Assembly: GCA_036009365.1 (NCBI GenBank)
Contig: DASYLY010000091.1
Span: 556 to 64,555 of the forward strand
Source: Solirubrobacterales bacterium
GTDB lineage: Bacteria > Actinomycetota > Thermoleophilia > Solirubrobacterales > 70-9
Direction of reading: 5' to 3'
DNA length: 64,000 bases
Shown here: positions 43,685-51,963 of the stretch, in pieces
Layout of the letters: every line of letters starts with the position of its first letter
Numbering within the stretch: the stretch's first letter is position 1
The notes under the pieces: generated by a model
Databases searched by the model: none
The model's input: only the letters and a program-made list of their open reading frames with translations
Told to the model about the DNA's origin: nothing
Made by a program: the position numbers and the translations under genes

Positions 43685-43992
43685 CCGCTCGGCAAAGCCC
43701 GCCTGGCCTCGTCCAGCCTCGCTTTCCGGCGCTTCCGGCGCGCTGACTTCTATATCCCGACGGGGGTTGGTCTCGAATCGCTCCTCCGTGGTGGCCTCCA
43801 CCGATCGCGGGAATCGTCCCGCCGCCGTCAGCCTCGCCGTGGCCTCTGCTGACCTTCGCCTTGTTGCCGTCGCGCTCCCATTCGGTCGCGCTCCGGCCTC
43901 CGGCATTCGTCCTGTTAACGTTTTGTCCGCGAACGTCAAACGGGGCGGCGTCGCGCAAACGACCCGCCCCACGGCTCACGAGGTGGAATCTC

Positions 43993-45177
43993 ATGAGCGT
44001 TTCCCAGGATACGTCGGCCCCCGCGGCCGAGCAGGGCTGCGGCGACAAGCGGCGGCTCGTCAAGACCAAGACCCCCAGCGTCTTCAAGCGCATCGACGGC
44101 ACGGGGAAGACCATCGGCTACGCCTGCGTCTCCGCAGCGCCGGCAGGCAGCGAAAGCGCCACGCCCGCACCTACGCAGAGGCGAAGCGGATCAAGCGCGA
44201 GAGCGAGACCGACCGCGATCGCGGCGAGCTGCAGGAGCGCAGCGCGATCACCCTCCGCCGCTACCTGGACGAGTGGGTCGAGCGCTATCGCGGCCAGGGC
44301 CGCCGCGGCTTCCGCGAGAACACCCGCGACGAATACCGCCGCCTGATCCACGTCTACGCCCGTCCCTACTTCCCGGCCCGCCTCAAGCTGGTCCACCTAC
44401 GCGCTGGCCCGCTTCGTGGATTGGCTGGCCGACGAGCAGGCGCAGGGCAAGCGCCTGGGCGACCGCACCATCGCCAACGCGACGATGCCGCTCCGCGCGG
44501 CGCTATCGACGGCGAAGCGCGAGGGCCTGATCCGCCACAACCCGGCGCAGGGGTTGTCGCTGTCGCCGCGCGAGCAGCTCCCCAGCGACGAGATCAAGGT
44601 CTTCACGCCCGAGCAGCTCGCGACCGTCATCGAGACAGCCCCAGAGCGCCACAGGCTGCTCTTGGAGCTGCTGGCGGCGACCGGCCTGCGGATCAGCGAG
44701 GCGATCGCCCTGCAGCGCCTCCACGTCCAGTTGGACAGCCCCGCGCCCGAGGTCTGCGTCCGCCGCGCGATCGTCAACGGCCGCACCGAGCCGCCGAAGA
44801 CCAAATACGGCCGTCGCGAGGTCCGCCTCCCGGCCTCACTGGCCACCAGGCTCCGCGCCCACCTCGCCGCCGAGCCCGATCAGGACTCCACGGCGATCCT
44901 CTTCCCCAACGACGCCGGCGCCCCGCTCGACCCCAGCAACCTCCGCCCCCGCGTCCTCAAGCCCCTCGTCAAGCGGGCCGGCGCCCCCTGGGCGGGCTTC
45001 CACACGTTCCGCCACACCTTCGCCTCGCTCCATCTCAGCCGGGGCACCAACCTCCTCCAGCTAAGCCGCGCCCTCGGCCACCACTCGCCCGCCTTCACGC
45101 TCACTCGCTATACGCATCTGTTGCCGGGCGATGAGGCGCCAGCACTGGACCTTCCGGCCATGAGTCCAACCGCGTAA
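43993..45177 (+). pseudogene. tyrosine recombinase/phage-type integrase interrupted by two compensating frameshifts
   Basis: N-terminus MSVSQDT..KTKTPSVFKRIDGTGKTIGY (frame 1), SAM-like core RSAGRQRKRHARTYAEAKRIKRESE...RRYLDEWVERY...ARLKLV (frame 0, about 44120-44397), catalytic domain ALARFVDWLADEQ...TGLRISEA...HTFRHTFAS...LGHHSPAFTLTRYTHL (frame 1). The frame-1 stop at 44344-44346 lies inside the shifted segment. Confidence 0.8.
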
Positions 45178-45382
45178 CGCCTTTCAAGAGCGCTCAAGCT
45201 CGGAGAGATGTTGGGCGGGAGGCCCGGGGGCGACCCGGACCTCCCTAAATGCTGGCCTCCCGATCAAGGGGCGCCCTACATGGGGGACAGCCACTCTGGG
45301 GCGGAGAATACCAACTATCCCATCTTCTTCAACCTGACTCAAAACGGACTCAAACCATAGCTTATCGCCTTCTAGGGGAGAA

Positions 45383-45437
45383 AGCACCTATATAGCACCT
45401 ATAAAGCATTTGCTTTGGACCCTAAGATCGCTATACT
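45383..45437 (+). promoter_or_regulatory. AT-rich promoter region with AGCACCTATA x2 (11-bp period) and a TATACT -10 box 6 nt before the ATG (leaderless-type)
   Basis: agcacctata at 45383-45392 and 45394-45403; TATACT at 45432-45437; ATG at 45444 with no RBS. Confidence 0.4.
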
Positions 45438-45443
45438 TAGCTA

Positions 45444-45863
45444 ATGAGCTTGCCCTATCAAAGCCAAGAGTTCGTATATGTCCCGGTTCCCGCTGTAAGA
45501 GTGGCAGAGGTTTTCCGGCTCCTAGCAGGCCTCCCAGAGGACACGGCAGAGGCGCCGGATTCGAAGCGGGTAGTCCGGCGCGTCTTTCTCGAAAGCGAAG
45601 AGAACTTCCGGGCCTTGCTGCGCTTCCTCGCGAGCCGTCCGGGGCAGTCGATTAGCACCGCGGAAGCGGCCGAGGCGCTGGGCCTGCCCAATGGCGCAGC
45701 GTCCGTAGCGGGCATGCTGGGTGCCTTTGCCCGGCGATCGAAGAACCGCTACGACGGCTTTTGGCCCTTTGAGCGCCTCTATAACCCTGCTCAAGACAGG
45801 GCCGAGTTGATGATGGAGGGCAATATTGCTGCGATCGTGGATGGCCTCGATCTGCCCTCGTAG
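45444..45863 (+). CDS. hypothetical protein with probable HTH segment (island cargo)
   Basis: 139 aa. SISTAEAAEALGLPNGAASVAGMLGAF is HTH-like. I recognise no family. Confidence 0.5.
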   Translation: MSLPYQSQEFVYVPVPAVRVAEVFRLLAGLPEDTAEAPDSKRVVRRVFLESEENFRALLRFLASRPGQSISTAEAAEALGLPNGAASVAGMLGAFARRSKNRYDGFWPFERLYNPAQDRAELMMEGNIAAIVDGLDLPS

Positions 45864-45903
45864 GCCGCCGGTTCAGGTAGATGTTGCCGAGCTAGCGGGG
45901 AGA

Positions 45904-46377
45904 TCATCGCGCGAGGATCCGAGCGATCCTTTCTGCGGCATCCGCAGACGTCTCATGCTCCCAGACCCTAACCACGGCCCATCCTGCCTCACCCAGCGCA
46001 GCATTGTTGAATCGATCACGCTCCATATTTCGAGCGAGCTTGGCGCTCCAATAGGAGACGTTGGTCTTGGGGCTCGTTCCGTGGTCTGGGCATCCGTGCC
46101 AAAAGCAGCCATCCATGAAGACGGCGACCTTCTGGCGGCGAAAGACGATGTCCGCTTTGCAGCGCAGTCCCTTCAGCGGCTTCTGGTCGACGCGATACCG
46201 CAAGCCGCGCCGGTGAAGCTCCGAGCGAAGGGCCAGCTCGGGGCGGGTATCGCGCTTGCGGTTGCCCTGCATGGCTGCTTTGACGGCAGGAGAAGAGGCC
46301 GAAGGAGCCTTGGGAACGACGGTGGTGGGCCGCTTGCCGCCCGTTCCATCGGGGGGACTTTCTAGGTTGGCGGGCAT
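45904..46377 (-). CDS. vsr: very-short-patch repair endonuclease
   Basis: RKRDTRPELALRSELHRRGLRYRV...ADIVFRRQKVAVFMDGCFWHGCP...YWSAKLARNMERD...GWAVVRVWEHE. The start is ATG 46377 or the internal ATG 46272. Confidence 0.85.
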   Translation of the reverse strand: MPANLESPPDGTGGKRPTTVVPKAPSASSPAVKAAMQGNRKRDTRPELALRSELHRRGLRYRVDQKPLKGLRCKADIVFRRQKVAVFMDGCFWHGCPDHGTSPKTNVSYWSAKLARNMERDRFNNAALGEAGWAVVRVWEHETSADAAERIARILAR

Positions 46378-47506
46378 GGATGCGATCTCCCTCTTCTCAG
46401 GAGCGGGCGGGCTTGACCTTGGTTGCGAGGCGGCCGGTTTCGAGACGCGTGCGGTCGTGGAGATGGAGGAGATCGCACGCAAGACGATCCTCTCAAACCG
46501 CCCCGAGTTCTTTCCCCAGCTTCGAGACGAGGCGGTGTTTGCCGACATTCTCGAGACCGATCCTCAGGACCTTCTTGAGCGGTCTGGGCTAAGTCAAGGA
46601 GAGGCGTCCCTACTGCACGGGGGGCCACCTTGCACGCCCTTCTCCAAGTCTGGCTATTGGCTTGCTTACAAGCGAGCTGGAGAAGATCCTCGGGCAAGCC
46701 TTCTCGACGAGTACGTGCGGATGCTGCGGGGCCTTCAGCCGAAGGCATTCCTCATGGAGAACGTCTACGGCCTCGCGTACCGCAATCAGAACCGCGCTGT
46801 GCTTGAGCGGTTCTTGCGACGGACCCGCGCGGCGGGCTATGTCGTCGAGTTCCGGATAATTCTCGCGGCGGACCTCGGCATCCCTCAGCTTCGTCAAAGG
46901 CTCTTCTGTGTAGGGATACGGCGCGATCTGATTCCGGGCGCCGGAAAAGGTTGGGAGTTCCCATGGCCCGAGCCCACTCATTCGGGTCCGCACGAGACGC
47001 GGACCGGCTGGGACAAGGAGTTGCCGCTCCACATAAGCGCTGGGCAGGCATTGGCGTCTCTGCCCGATGATGCGAATCCGCCTGAGCCCGAGGAGGTTGT
47101 CTCAGGCACTTACGCGGAAGCTCTTAAAGCCGTTCCCAGCGGCGAGAACTACCTGTTCTGGACGGCTGAGCGTGGTCACGACAAGCCCCGTTTCAAATGG
47201 CGCTCGCGCTATTGGAGCTTCCTGCTGAAGCTCCATCCGGATAAGCCATCCCCGACGATCCAGGGTCAGCCTGGACCGTGGGTGGGGCCTTTCCATTGGG
47301 ACAACAGGCGCCTGCGTGTTGCCGAGGTCAAGAGGCTGATGACCTTTCCCGATGCTTTTACGGTCTTGGGGTCTCGAAGGGAGCAGCAACTCCAGCTCGG
47401 CAACGCCGTGCCGCCGGAGCTTGGACGGGCGGTCGCAACTGCCGTGGCAGGCGAGCTAAGGCGCTTGGACTGTGCTCCCTCGCCAGAGCTCGCCCTGGCT
47501 GCCTAG
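46376..47506 (+). CDS. DNA (cytosine-5)-methyltransferase
   Basis: Motif I FSGAGGLDLG, motif IV GGPPCTPFS, motif VI LMENV, motif VIII QLRQRLF, motif X GNAVPPEL. Confidence 0.9.
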   Translation: MDAISLFSGAGGLDLGCEAAGFETRAVVEMEEIARKTILSNRPEFFPQLRDEAVFADILETDPQDLLERSGLSQGEASLLHGGPPCTPFSKSGYWLAYKRAGEDPRASLLDEYVRMLRGLQPKAFLMENVYGLAYRNQNRAVLERFLRRTRAAGYVVEFRIILAADLGIPQLRQRLFCVGIRRDLIPGAGKGWEFPWPEPTHSGPHETRTGWDKELPLHISAGQALASLPDDANPPEPEEVVSGTYAEALKAVPSGENYLFWTAERGHDKPRFKWRSRYWSFLLKLHPDKPSPTIQGQPGPWVGPFHWDNRRLRVAEVKRLMTFPDAFTVLGSRREQQLQLGNAVPPELGRAVATAVAGELRRLDCAPSPELALAA

Positions 47507-47564
47507 AACTCACCCCACAAGTCTGAGGTTTCCGAGTGTCGGGACGCGCGGTTAGCTTTCCGGC

Positions 47565-48632
47565 ATGGGGATCAGGCTCGAAGACCAAGCTTTGCTTCTA
47601 ACGCTCGATGACGCGCTCGCGCTGGCGCGATCACCCGAGGAGCTGCCGGCGGTGTGGATCGCCCGCGTGGAGCGGCTCGGCAGCCTGGGAATCAAGACCT
47701 ACATCGCCGCGCTGGGTGGCGCGCTCCTCGCGAAGGCGACTGATCCTCGAGTGGACAGTCTCGCCCAGGATGGAGCCGCGGGGCCGCGCGGATACAGCCT
47801 GCGGAAGGCGGCGGAGTTCCTAGCCGAGCAGAACAACAGTCGCTATGACCTGGGTGCGAGGGGGCGGTGGCCCCTTAACAACAGGCCCTTCCTTGGGGGG
47901 CCAGCGCGAATCGACGAATTCACGAAGATCTCTGGAAGGGCGCGACCGGCGTATGAAGCCTTTCTCGACGCGCTTCGAGATCTAAATCGCCTCGAGCGTC
48001 CCGAAGCCCTTTCAGCCCTGTCGTCTTTCCTCCGCGTGCGGATGGATGTCCAAGAGGTCGAGCGAACGGAAGCCCGCGCAACCCGGCAACTGGAAAGCGA
48101 TGTTGCGCTCGGGGATCTCGTCGGAATTGTCGATCGGTTTGTTCGATCTGCCCCAGAAGGGGGACGACGCGCGCAAGCCCTGGCTGCTGCCGTCTTGGAT
48201 TGTGCGTTCGATGAGGTTGATCTTCAGCCGATCAACAGCCCCCATCCGGGCGATGTCCGGGTAATGCTGGATGGCCAGATTGTCCTCGCGGTTGAGGCAA
48301 AGCAGCTTCCGGTCGGCGAGGCTGTGGCGTCAGAGCTGTCGCGAGAGGCGGCCGAGCTTGGCGCCGACTTGGCGCTGCTCGTGGTGATCGCCGAGAAGCA
48401 CGCGCCCCTTGATCGTGATCGCGTCCAAAGAGAGGCGCTGCATAGCGACGGAACGCTGCTCGTCGTCTGCGAGAGCGTGTTGGAGTTGATCTGTTCTGCT
48501 GCGGTTCTTTCTGGAACGCCAGCCGCTCGAATAGAGGAGGATCTACCCGGCGCATTCGCTGGGCGGTTGCGAGAGATCGGGACTAGCAAGCAAGGTCAAG
48601 ATGAGTGGAGGCAACTGGTCGAGGATCGATGA
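47565..48632 (+). CDS. putative type II restriction endonuclease (PD-(D/E)xK-like) cognate to the m5C methyltransferase
   Basis: Sits immediately downstream of the MTase. HPGDV-x13-EAK (..PGDVRVMLDGQIVLAVEAKQ..) fits a PD...ExK nuclease core. I recognise no other family. Confidence 0.5.
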   Translation: MGIRLEDQALLLTLDDALALARSPEELPAVWIARVERLGSLGIKTYIAALGGALLAKATDPRVDSLAQDGAAGPRGYSLRKAAEFLAEQNNSRYDLGARGRWPLNNRPFLGGPARIDEFTKISGRARPAYEAFLDALRDLNRLERPEALSALSSFLRVRMDVQEVERTEARATRQLESDVALGDLVGIVDRFVRSAPEGGRRAQALAAAVLDCAFDEVDLQPINSPHPGDVRVMLDGQIVLAVEAKQLPVGEAVASELSREAAELGADLALLVVIAEKHAPLDRDRVQREALHSDGTLLVVCESVLELICSAAVLSGTPAARIEEDLPGAFAGRLREIGTSKQGQDEWRQLVEDR

Positions 48633-48635
48633 CGG

Positions 48636-49991
48636 TTGGTCAGCAGCCCCGTCTGCGTTCATCTCACTCCTCTAATGTCCACCGCTCGTATCGAACCCAT
48701 CTACCGTCCCTTCGATGAGGGGCGATTTCTCTTGTTTGATGGGCCCCTTGCCCTTCAGGGCCAGGGCGAGTCGCGGTCGCCGGCTCCTGGGCAGATCGAA
48801 CTCCAGCTAGATCTTGCTCCAAGGCTACGCGCCCATTTCTTCGATTCGGGCGCGGTGAGAGCCCTCTTCTTTGCTCAGGAGGGCGACTCCATCCTCACCG
48901 TCTCTCTGCCGGAAGGGGCGGATCTGATGCCTCCTTCGCCTTCGGCTGTTGGGAGCAGAGAGCGGCGTTCTCGCGGGGAGTTCCCCACTGCTTCGATGCG
49001 GGTCGGCGATCTCGATTCCGTTACGCGAATCGTCTTCCACATCAGCGGTGCCCTGAAGGTAATGGGCCTAGCTCGCGAGCTGGACGATGGAGGTCGACAG
49101 GTTCAGGTCGACTTCGCCCTGCCCGGTTGGGATCTGGCGATCGCCCCTCATAGTCCGGAGACAGATCAAGACGCCGACTTTGTAGCGGTTGTTAGGGCGA
49201 CGCCCACCTCATTGCCGATTTCAGCTGACGATGTCGATCGCCTGAAGCGGCGTCTCTTTCTTCTCCTGAGCTTTCTTGCCAATCGTGAGATCGGGGTCGG
49301 GCCGATCTGCGGCATGACAGGGGAGCGGGTCGTGTGGGCAGAGTGGGGGGCGCCGCGCTTGATGCCCGGGAGACCGGGTATCAAGTGGTGCCCCGATCTG
49401 CTCGTCCCCGATGCGCTCCCCGTCCTGGCCAAGGGGTGGACGTCGCTCTCTGCGGACGCGGCGATGGAGAAGATCCTCGACCGCGCGATCGGGCTATCGC
49501 TGGGTGCGAATGCCCGGGAAGTTCTCGACGTGAGGATTCCGATTGCATGTGCCGGTGCTGAGCTACTTGCTTGGACCGTTCTGCAGCGTGAAGGCTGGCT
49601 TGTTCGGGGTGATGAGCAGCGCGCTCTCCGCGCTGCCGGAACCCTTCGCCTGATGCTGCGATGGGCAGGAATCGCGACCGAGATTCCAGCGCACTTCGAC
49701 CAGCTTCGAGAGCGCCGTGACAAACGCACCCGTGAAGGTCAGAAGGGCTGGGAGGGCCCAGAGCTTCTTTTCGACATTCGAAATCGGCTCATGCACCCGC
49801 CCAAGAACCTGGATGACCCAGAGTGGCCCGATGGAGGCGAACTCCTCGAGGCATGGCAGCTCGGGACTTGGTATCTCGATCTCGCCTTGCTCCGCTTGTT
49901 GAACTACCAAGGCGAGTACTGGTCAAGACTGCGCTTGAATCGATATGACACGGATCTTGAGCCAGTGCCTTGGAATCAATCCACTAGCTGA
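48636..49991 (+). CDS. unknown 451-aa protein with C-terminal RNxxxH (HEPN-like) motif, coupled to the R-M operon
   Basis: Starts 4 nt after the REase stop (TTG 48636; alternative ATG 48675). FDIRNRLMHPP (R382-H387, nt 49779-49796) is followed by a predicted amphipathic helix [21 protein letters not shown]. Confidence 0.55.
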   Translation: MVSSPVCVHLTPLMSTARIEPIYRPFDEGRFLLFDGPLALQGQGESRSPAPGQIELQLDLAPRLRAHFFDSGAVRALFFAQEGDSILTVSLPEGADLMPPSPSAVGSRERRSRGEFPTASMRVGDLDSVTRIVFHISGALKVMGLARELDDGGRQVQVDFALPGWDLAIAPHSPETDQDADFVAVVRATPTSLPISADDVDRLKRRLFLLLSFLANREIGVGPICGMTGERVVWAEWGAPRLMPGRPGIKWCPDLLVPDALPVLAKGWTSLSADAAMEKILDRAIGLSLGANAREVLDVRIPIACAGAELLAWTVLQREGWLVRGDEQRALRAAGTLRLMLRWAGIATEIPAHFDQLRERRDKRTREGQKGWEGPELLFDIRNRLMHPPKNLDDPEWPDGGELLEAWQLGTWYLDLALLRLLNYQGEYWSRLRLNRYDTDLEPVPWNQSTS

Positions 49992-50040
49992 TTTGGCAAC
50001 CCGCAAGCAGATTGACACCCTGAGCCTTGAGCTTCGCCCA

Positions 50041-50202
50041 TGGGGCAACAAATGGGGCGACATGCCCCACAGATTCCAGCCGATCCCAGCGGGACTCGAT
50101 CCGCCGCAAACCGCTTGAACCCACGCCCCACGTAGCCCAGCCGACCCACCGTCTAGGGCTACAAAGCCGATCGTGACCTTCCCAGTGGGAACCGAAGGTC
50201 AC
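50041..50202 (+). repeat. copy A of the 130-bp right-arm repeat plus a degenerate att core (internal attR')
   Basis: 50041-50170 is about 92% identical (10 mismatches by hand) to 51846-51975. The att core is broken by a GTGACCTTC(50173-50181)...GAAGGTCAC(50194-50202) inverted duplication. Confidence 0.75.
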
Positions 50203-50341
50203 TTCTTCGACAATTGCCATGGTCGCGGCGCCTCAGGTCGGGCGAAACTTCTCCCACGAGAGACCGGATGCCTCTTCTTCTCCCTCCGTCCCAGTTTTCG
50301 CTCCGGCAGCTCGGTTTTGACCCGGAGGAGGAGATGAGCTG

Positions 50342-50557
50342 ATGGACATCGCAGAGGCGAAAGCAAAGCTCGAAGCGGTCCTTGACGAGCTCGCGGAGGC
50401 TGGCTTCTCGGTTTGGGGGTGGGACGATGGGTCGATCCAGATCGCGCACCTGAATGAGCCGAGCATCGCCTGTGCCCCCCGTCACGTATCGCTCGATGTG
50501 GGCCGCGACGTCAACGGGGATTCCGAGGAGGTTCGGGAGGGGCGGGAGCGCTTGTGA
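50342..50557 (+). CDS. small hypothetical acidic protein
   Basis: 71 aa with a strong RBS GGAGGAGGAG 6 nt upstream. It competes with the antisense ORF 50159-50593, which lacks an RBS. Confidence 0.4.
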   Translation: MDIAEAKAKLEAVLDELAEAGFSVWGWDDGSIQIAHLNEPSIACAPRHVSLDVGRDVNGDSEEVREGRERL

Positions 50558-50573
50558 GTGCCGCGCAGCCCCT

Positions 50574-50599
50574 TGTTTCATGTATCGAAACATGAAACA
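50574..50599. promoter_or_regulatory. perfect 10-bp inverted repeat TGTTTCATGT-n6-ACATGAAACA upstream of the AbiEi-like gene (candidate operator, or terminator of the upstream ORF)
   Basis: Read directly. Ends 9 nt before ATG 50608. Confidence 0.45.
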
Positions 50600-50607
50600 A
50601 TAGCCTT

Positions 50608-51114
50608 ATGTTGAAGGGGCAGGACGTGGTTGTGTTGCTGAAGCTGCTCGGCTTGGACGAGCCGTTTCCCGTGCGCGACCTTGCAAGCCAGCTTGGCTTC
50701 GACGTGGCGGGCACCCACCGTGCCATGCGTCGCCTCGACGAAGCCGGTCTCTATTCGGTTGAGCGGCGGAGGGTCTATCGAGCTGCGGCCGAGGAGTTCC
50801 TGATCCACGCCGCCAAGTTCAGCTTCCCCCCACGCTGGGGGTCCGAAGTGCGGGGTGTACCCACGTCCTGGGCTGCTGAGCCGCTGAGGGCAGAGCTCGC
50901 CGAGTCCGGTGGCTTGCCTCCGGTGTGGCCCTATGCCAAGGGAACGGTGCGCGGTCTCGGGTTGGAGCCGCTGCACGCGATGGCTCCCGGGGCAGCGCTC
51001 GCCGATCACGCGCTGTGGCAGCGCCTGGCATTGGTCGATGCGCTCCGGAGCAACGACAGCGCCCGCATAACCCAGCTCGCGGAGAAGCTCCTGAAGGAGA
51101 GGGTCGGGTCGTGA
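50608..51114 (+). CDS. winged-helix (MarR/AbiEi-like) putative antitoxin/regulator
   Basis: VVVLLKLLGLDEPFPVRDLASQLGFDVAGTHRAMRRLDEAGLY is a wHTH. The stop overlaps the start of the nucleotidyltransferase gene (GTGA). Confidence 0.6.
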   Translation: MLKGQDVVVLLKLLGLDEPFPVRDLASQLGFDVAGTHRAMRRLDEAGLYSVERRRVYRAAAEEFLIHAAKFSFPPRWGSEVRGVPTSWAAEPLRAELAESGGLPPVWPYAKGTVRGLGLEPLHAMAPGAALADHALWQRLALVDALRSNDSARITQLAEKLLKERVGS

Positions 51115-51818
51115 GCATCGCGATGCTTGAGCGGGCCGCGCAGGAGTTGGCCCCGTTCCTCGACGAAGTTGCCTTCGTCGGTGGAGCGACCATCGCACTC
51201 TGGATCACCGACCAGGCGGCTCCTGAGCCACGGGTGACGAAGGATGTGGACCTCGTAGTCGAGGTTGCCTCGCGTGCTGCCTGGTACCGCTTCGAGGAGC
51301 GCCTTCGCGACCACGGACTTCGCAACGACGCATCGAGCCGCGTGATCTGCAGGTGGAGAGCCGGTAGCGACGGCGACGAACTCCTGGTCGACGTGATGCC
51401 AGCCGATGCAGCGATCCTCGGTTTTGAAAACCGATGGCTGGGCTTGGCGCTTGAGTACGCAGAAACGCTGCCGCTGCCGTCTGGCCAGCGGATACGAGCG
51501 ATCTCGCCGCCCTACCTGCTTGCGACGAAGCTGGAGGCATGGAGCGGCCGCGGAGGCGGCGATCACCTCCGCAGCCACGACCTCGAGGACGTGATCCGGC
51601 TGGTCGACGGGCGAGCCGAGGTCGTCGGGGAAGTCAGTGACGCTTCCGATGATCTCCGCTCTCTTCTATCCGGAGAGATCGCGACTCTCCTCGACCAGCC
51701 TAGGTTTCTGGACGCGATCGACGGAACTGTCATCGGCTTCGGACGCGGGAGCTCTGGAGGCGGGGATCGCGTCGAGGAGATTGTCTTGCCCCGTCTCCGT
51801 GCCCTCGCGGGACAGTGA
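51111..51818 (+). CDS. nucleotidyltransferase-fold protein (AbiEii/DUF1814-like putative toxin)
   Basis: FVGGATIAL-x17-TKDVDLVV (NTase G[GS]...DxD) and LLATKLEAW...SHDLEDVIRL (AbiEii-like motif III context). Confidence 0.65.
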   Translation: MSIAMLERAAQELAPFLDEVAFVGGATIALWITDQAAPEPRVTKDVDLVVEVASRAAWYRFEERLRDHGLRNDASSRVICRWRAGSDGDELLVDVMPADAAILGFENRWLGLALEYAETLPLPSGQRIRAISPPYLLATKLEAWSGRGGGDHLRSHDLEDVIRLVDGRAEVVGEVSDASDDLRSLLSGEIATLLDQPRFLDAIDGTVIGFGRGSSGGGDRVEEIVLPRLRALAGQ

Positions 51819-51845
51819 TCCCGACTCGCGGGAGGGCAGTCTTCC

Positions 51846-51963
51846 TGGGGCAACAAATGGGGCAACATGCCCCACAGATCCCAGCCGATCCCAGCGGGAC
51901 TCGATCCCCCGCAAACCGCTTGAACCCGCGCCCCACGTAGCCCAGTCGACCCACCGCCTCAGG
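51846..51963 (+). repeat. copy B of the 130-bp right-arm repeat (includes the TGGGGCAAC doublet and the GGGGCA-aca-TGCCCC palindrome)
   Basis: See copy A. Directly abuts attR. Confidence 0.75.

Noticed and set aside
43767-45134. 455-aa ORF spanning the integrase locus as an independent gene
   Set aside because: Only its central about 90 codons make biological sense (the integrase SAM-like segment). The rest is Arg/Pro-rich read-through. It is better explained as the shifted middle frame of a frameshifted integrase.
45184-45387. 67-aa minus-strand ORF just after the integrase as a possible excisionase
   Set aside because: It has no HTH/MerR-like or winged-helix Xis pattern and no RBS, and it lies in the AT-rich promoter region of gene 45444. 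There is not enough evidence to call it.
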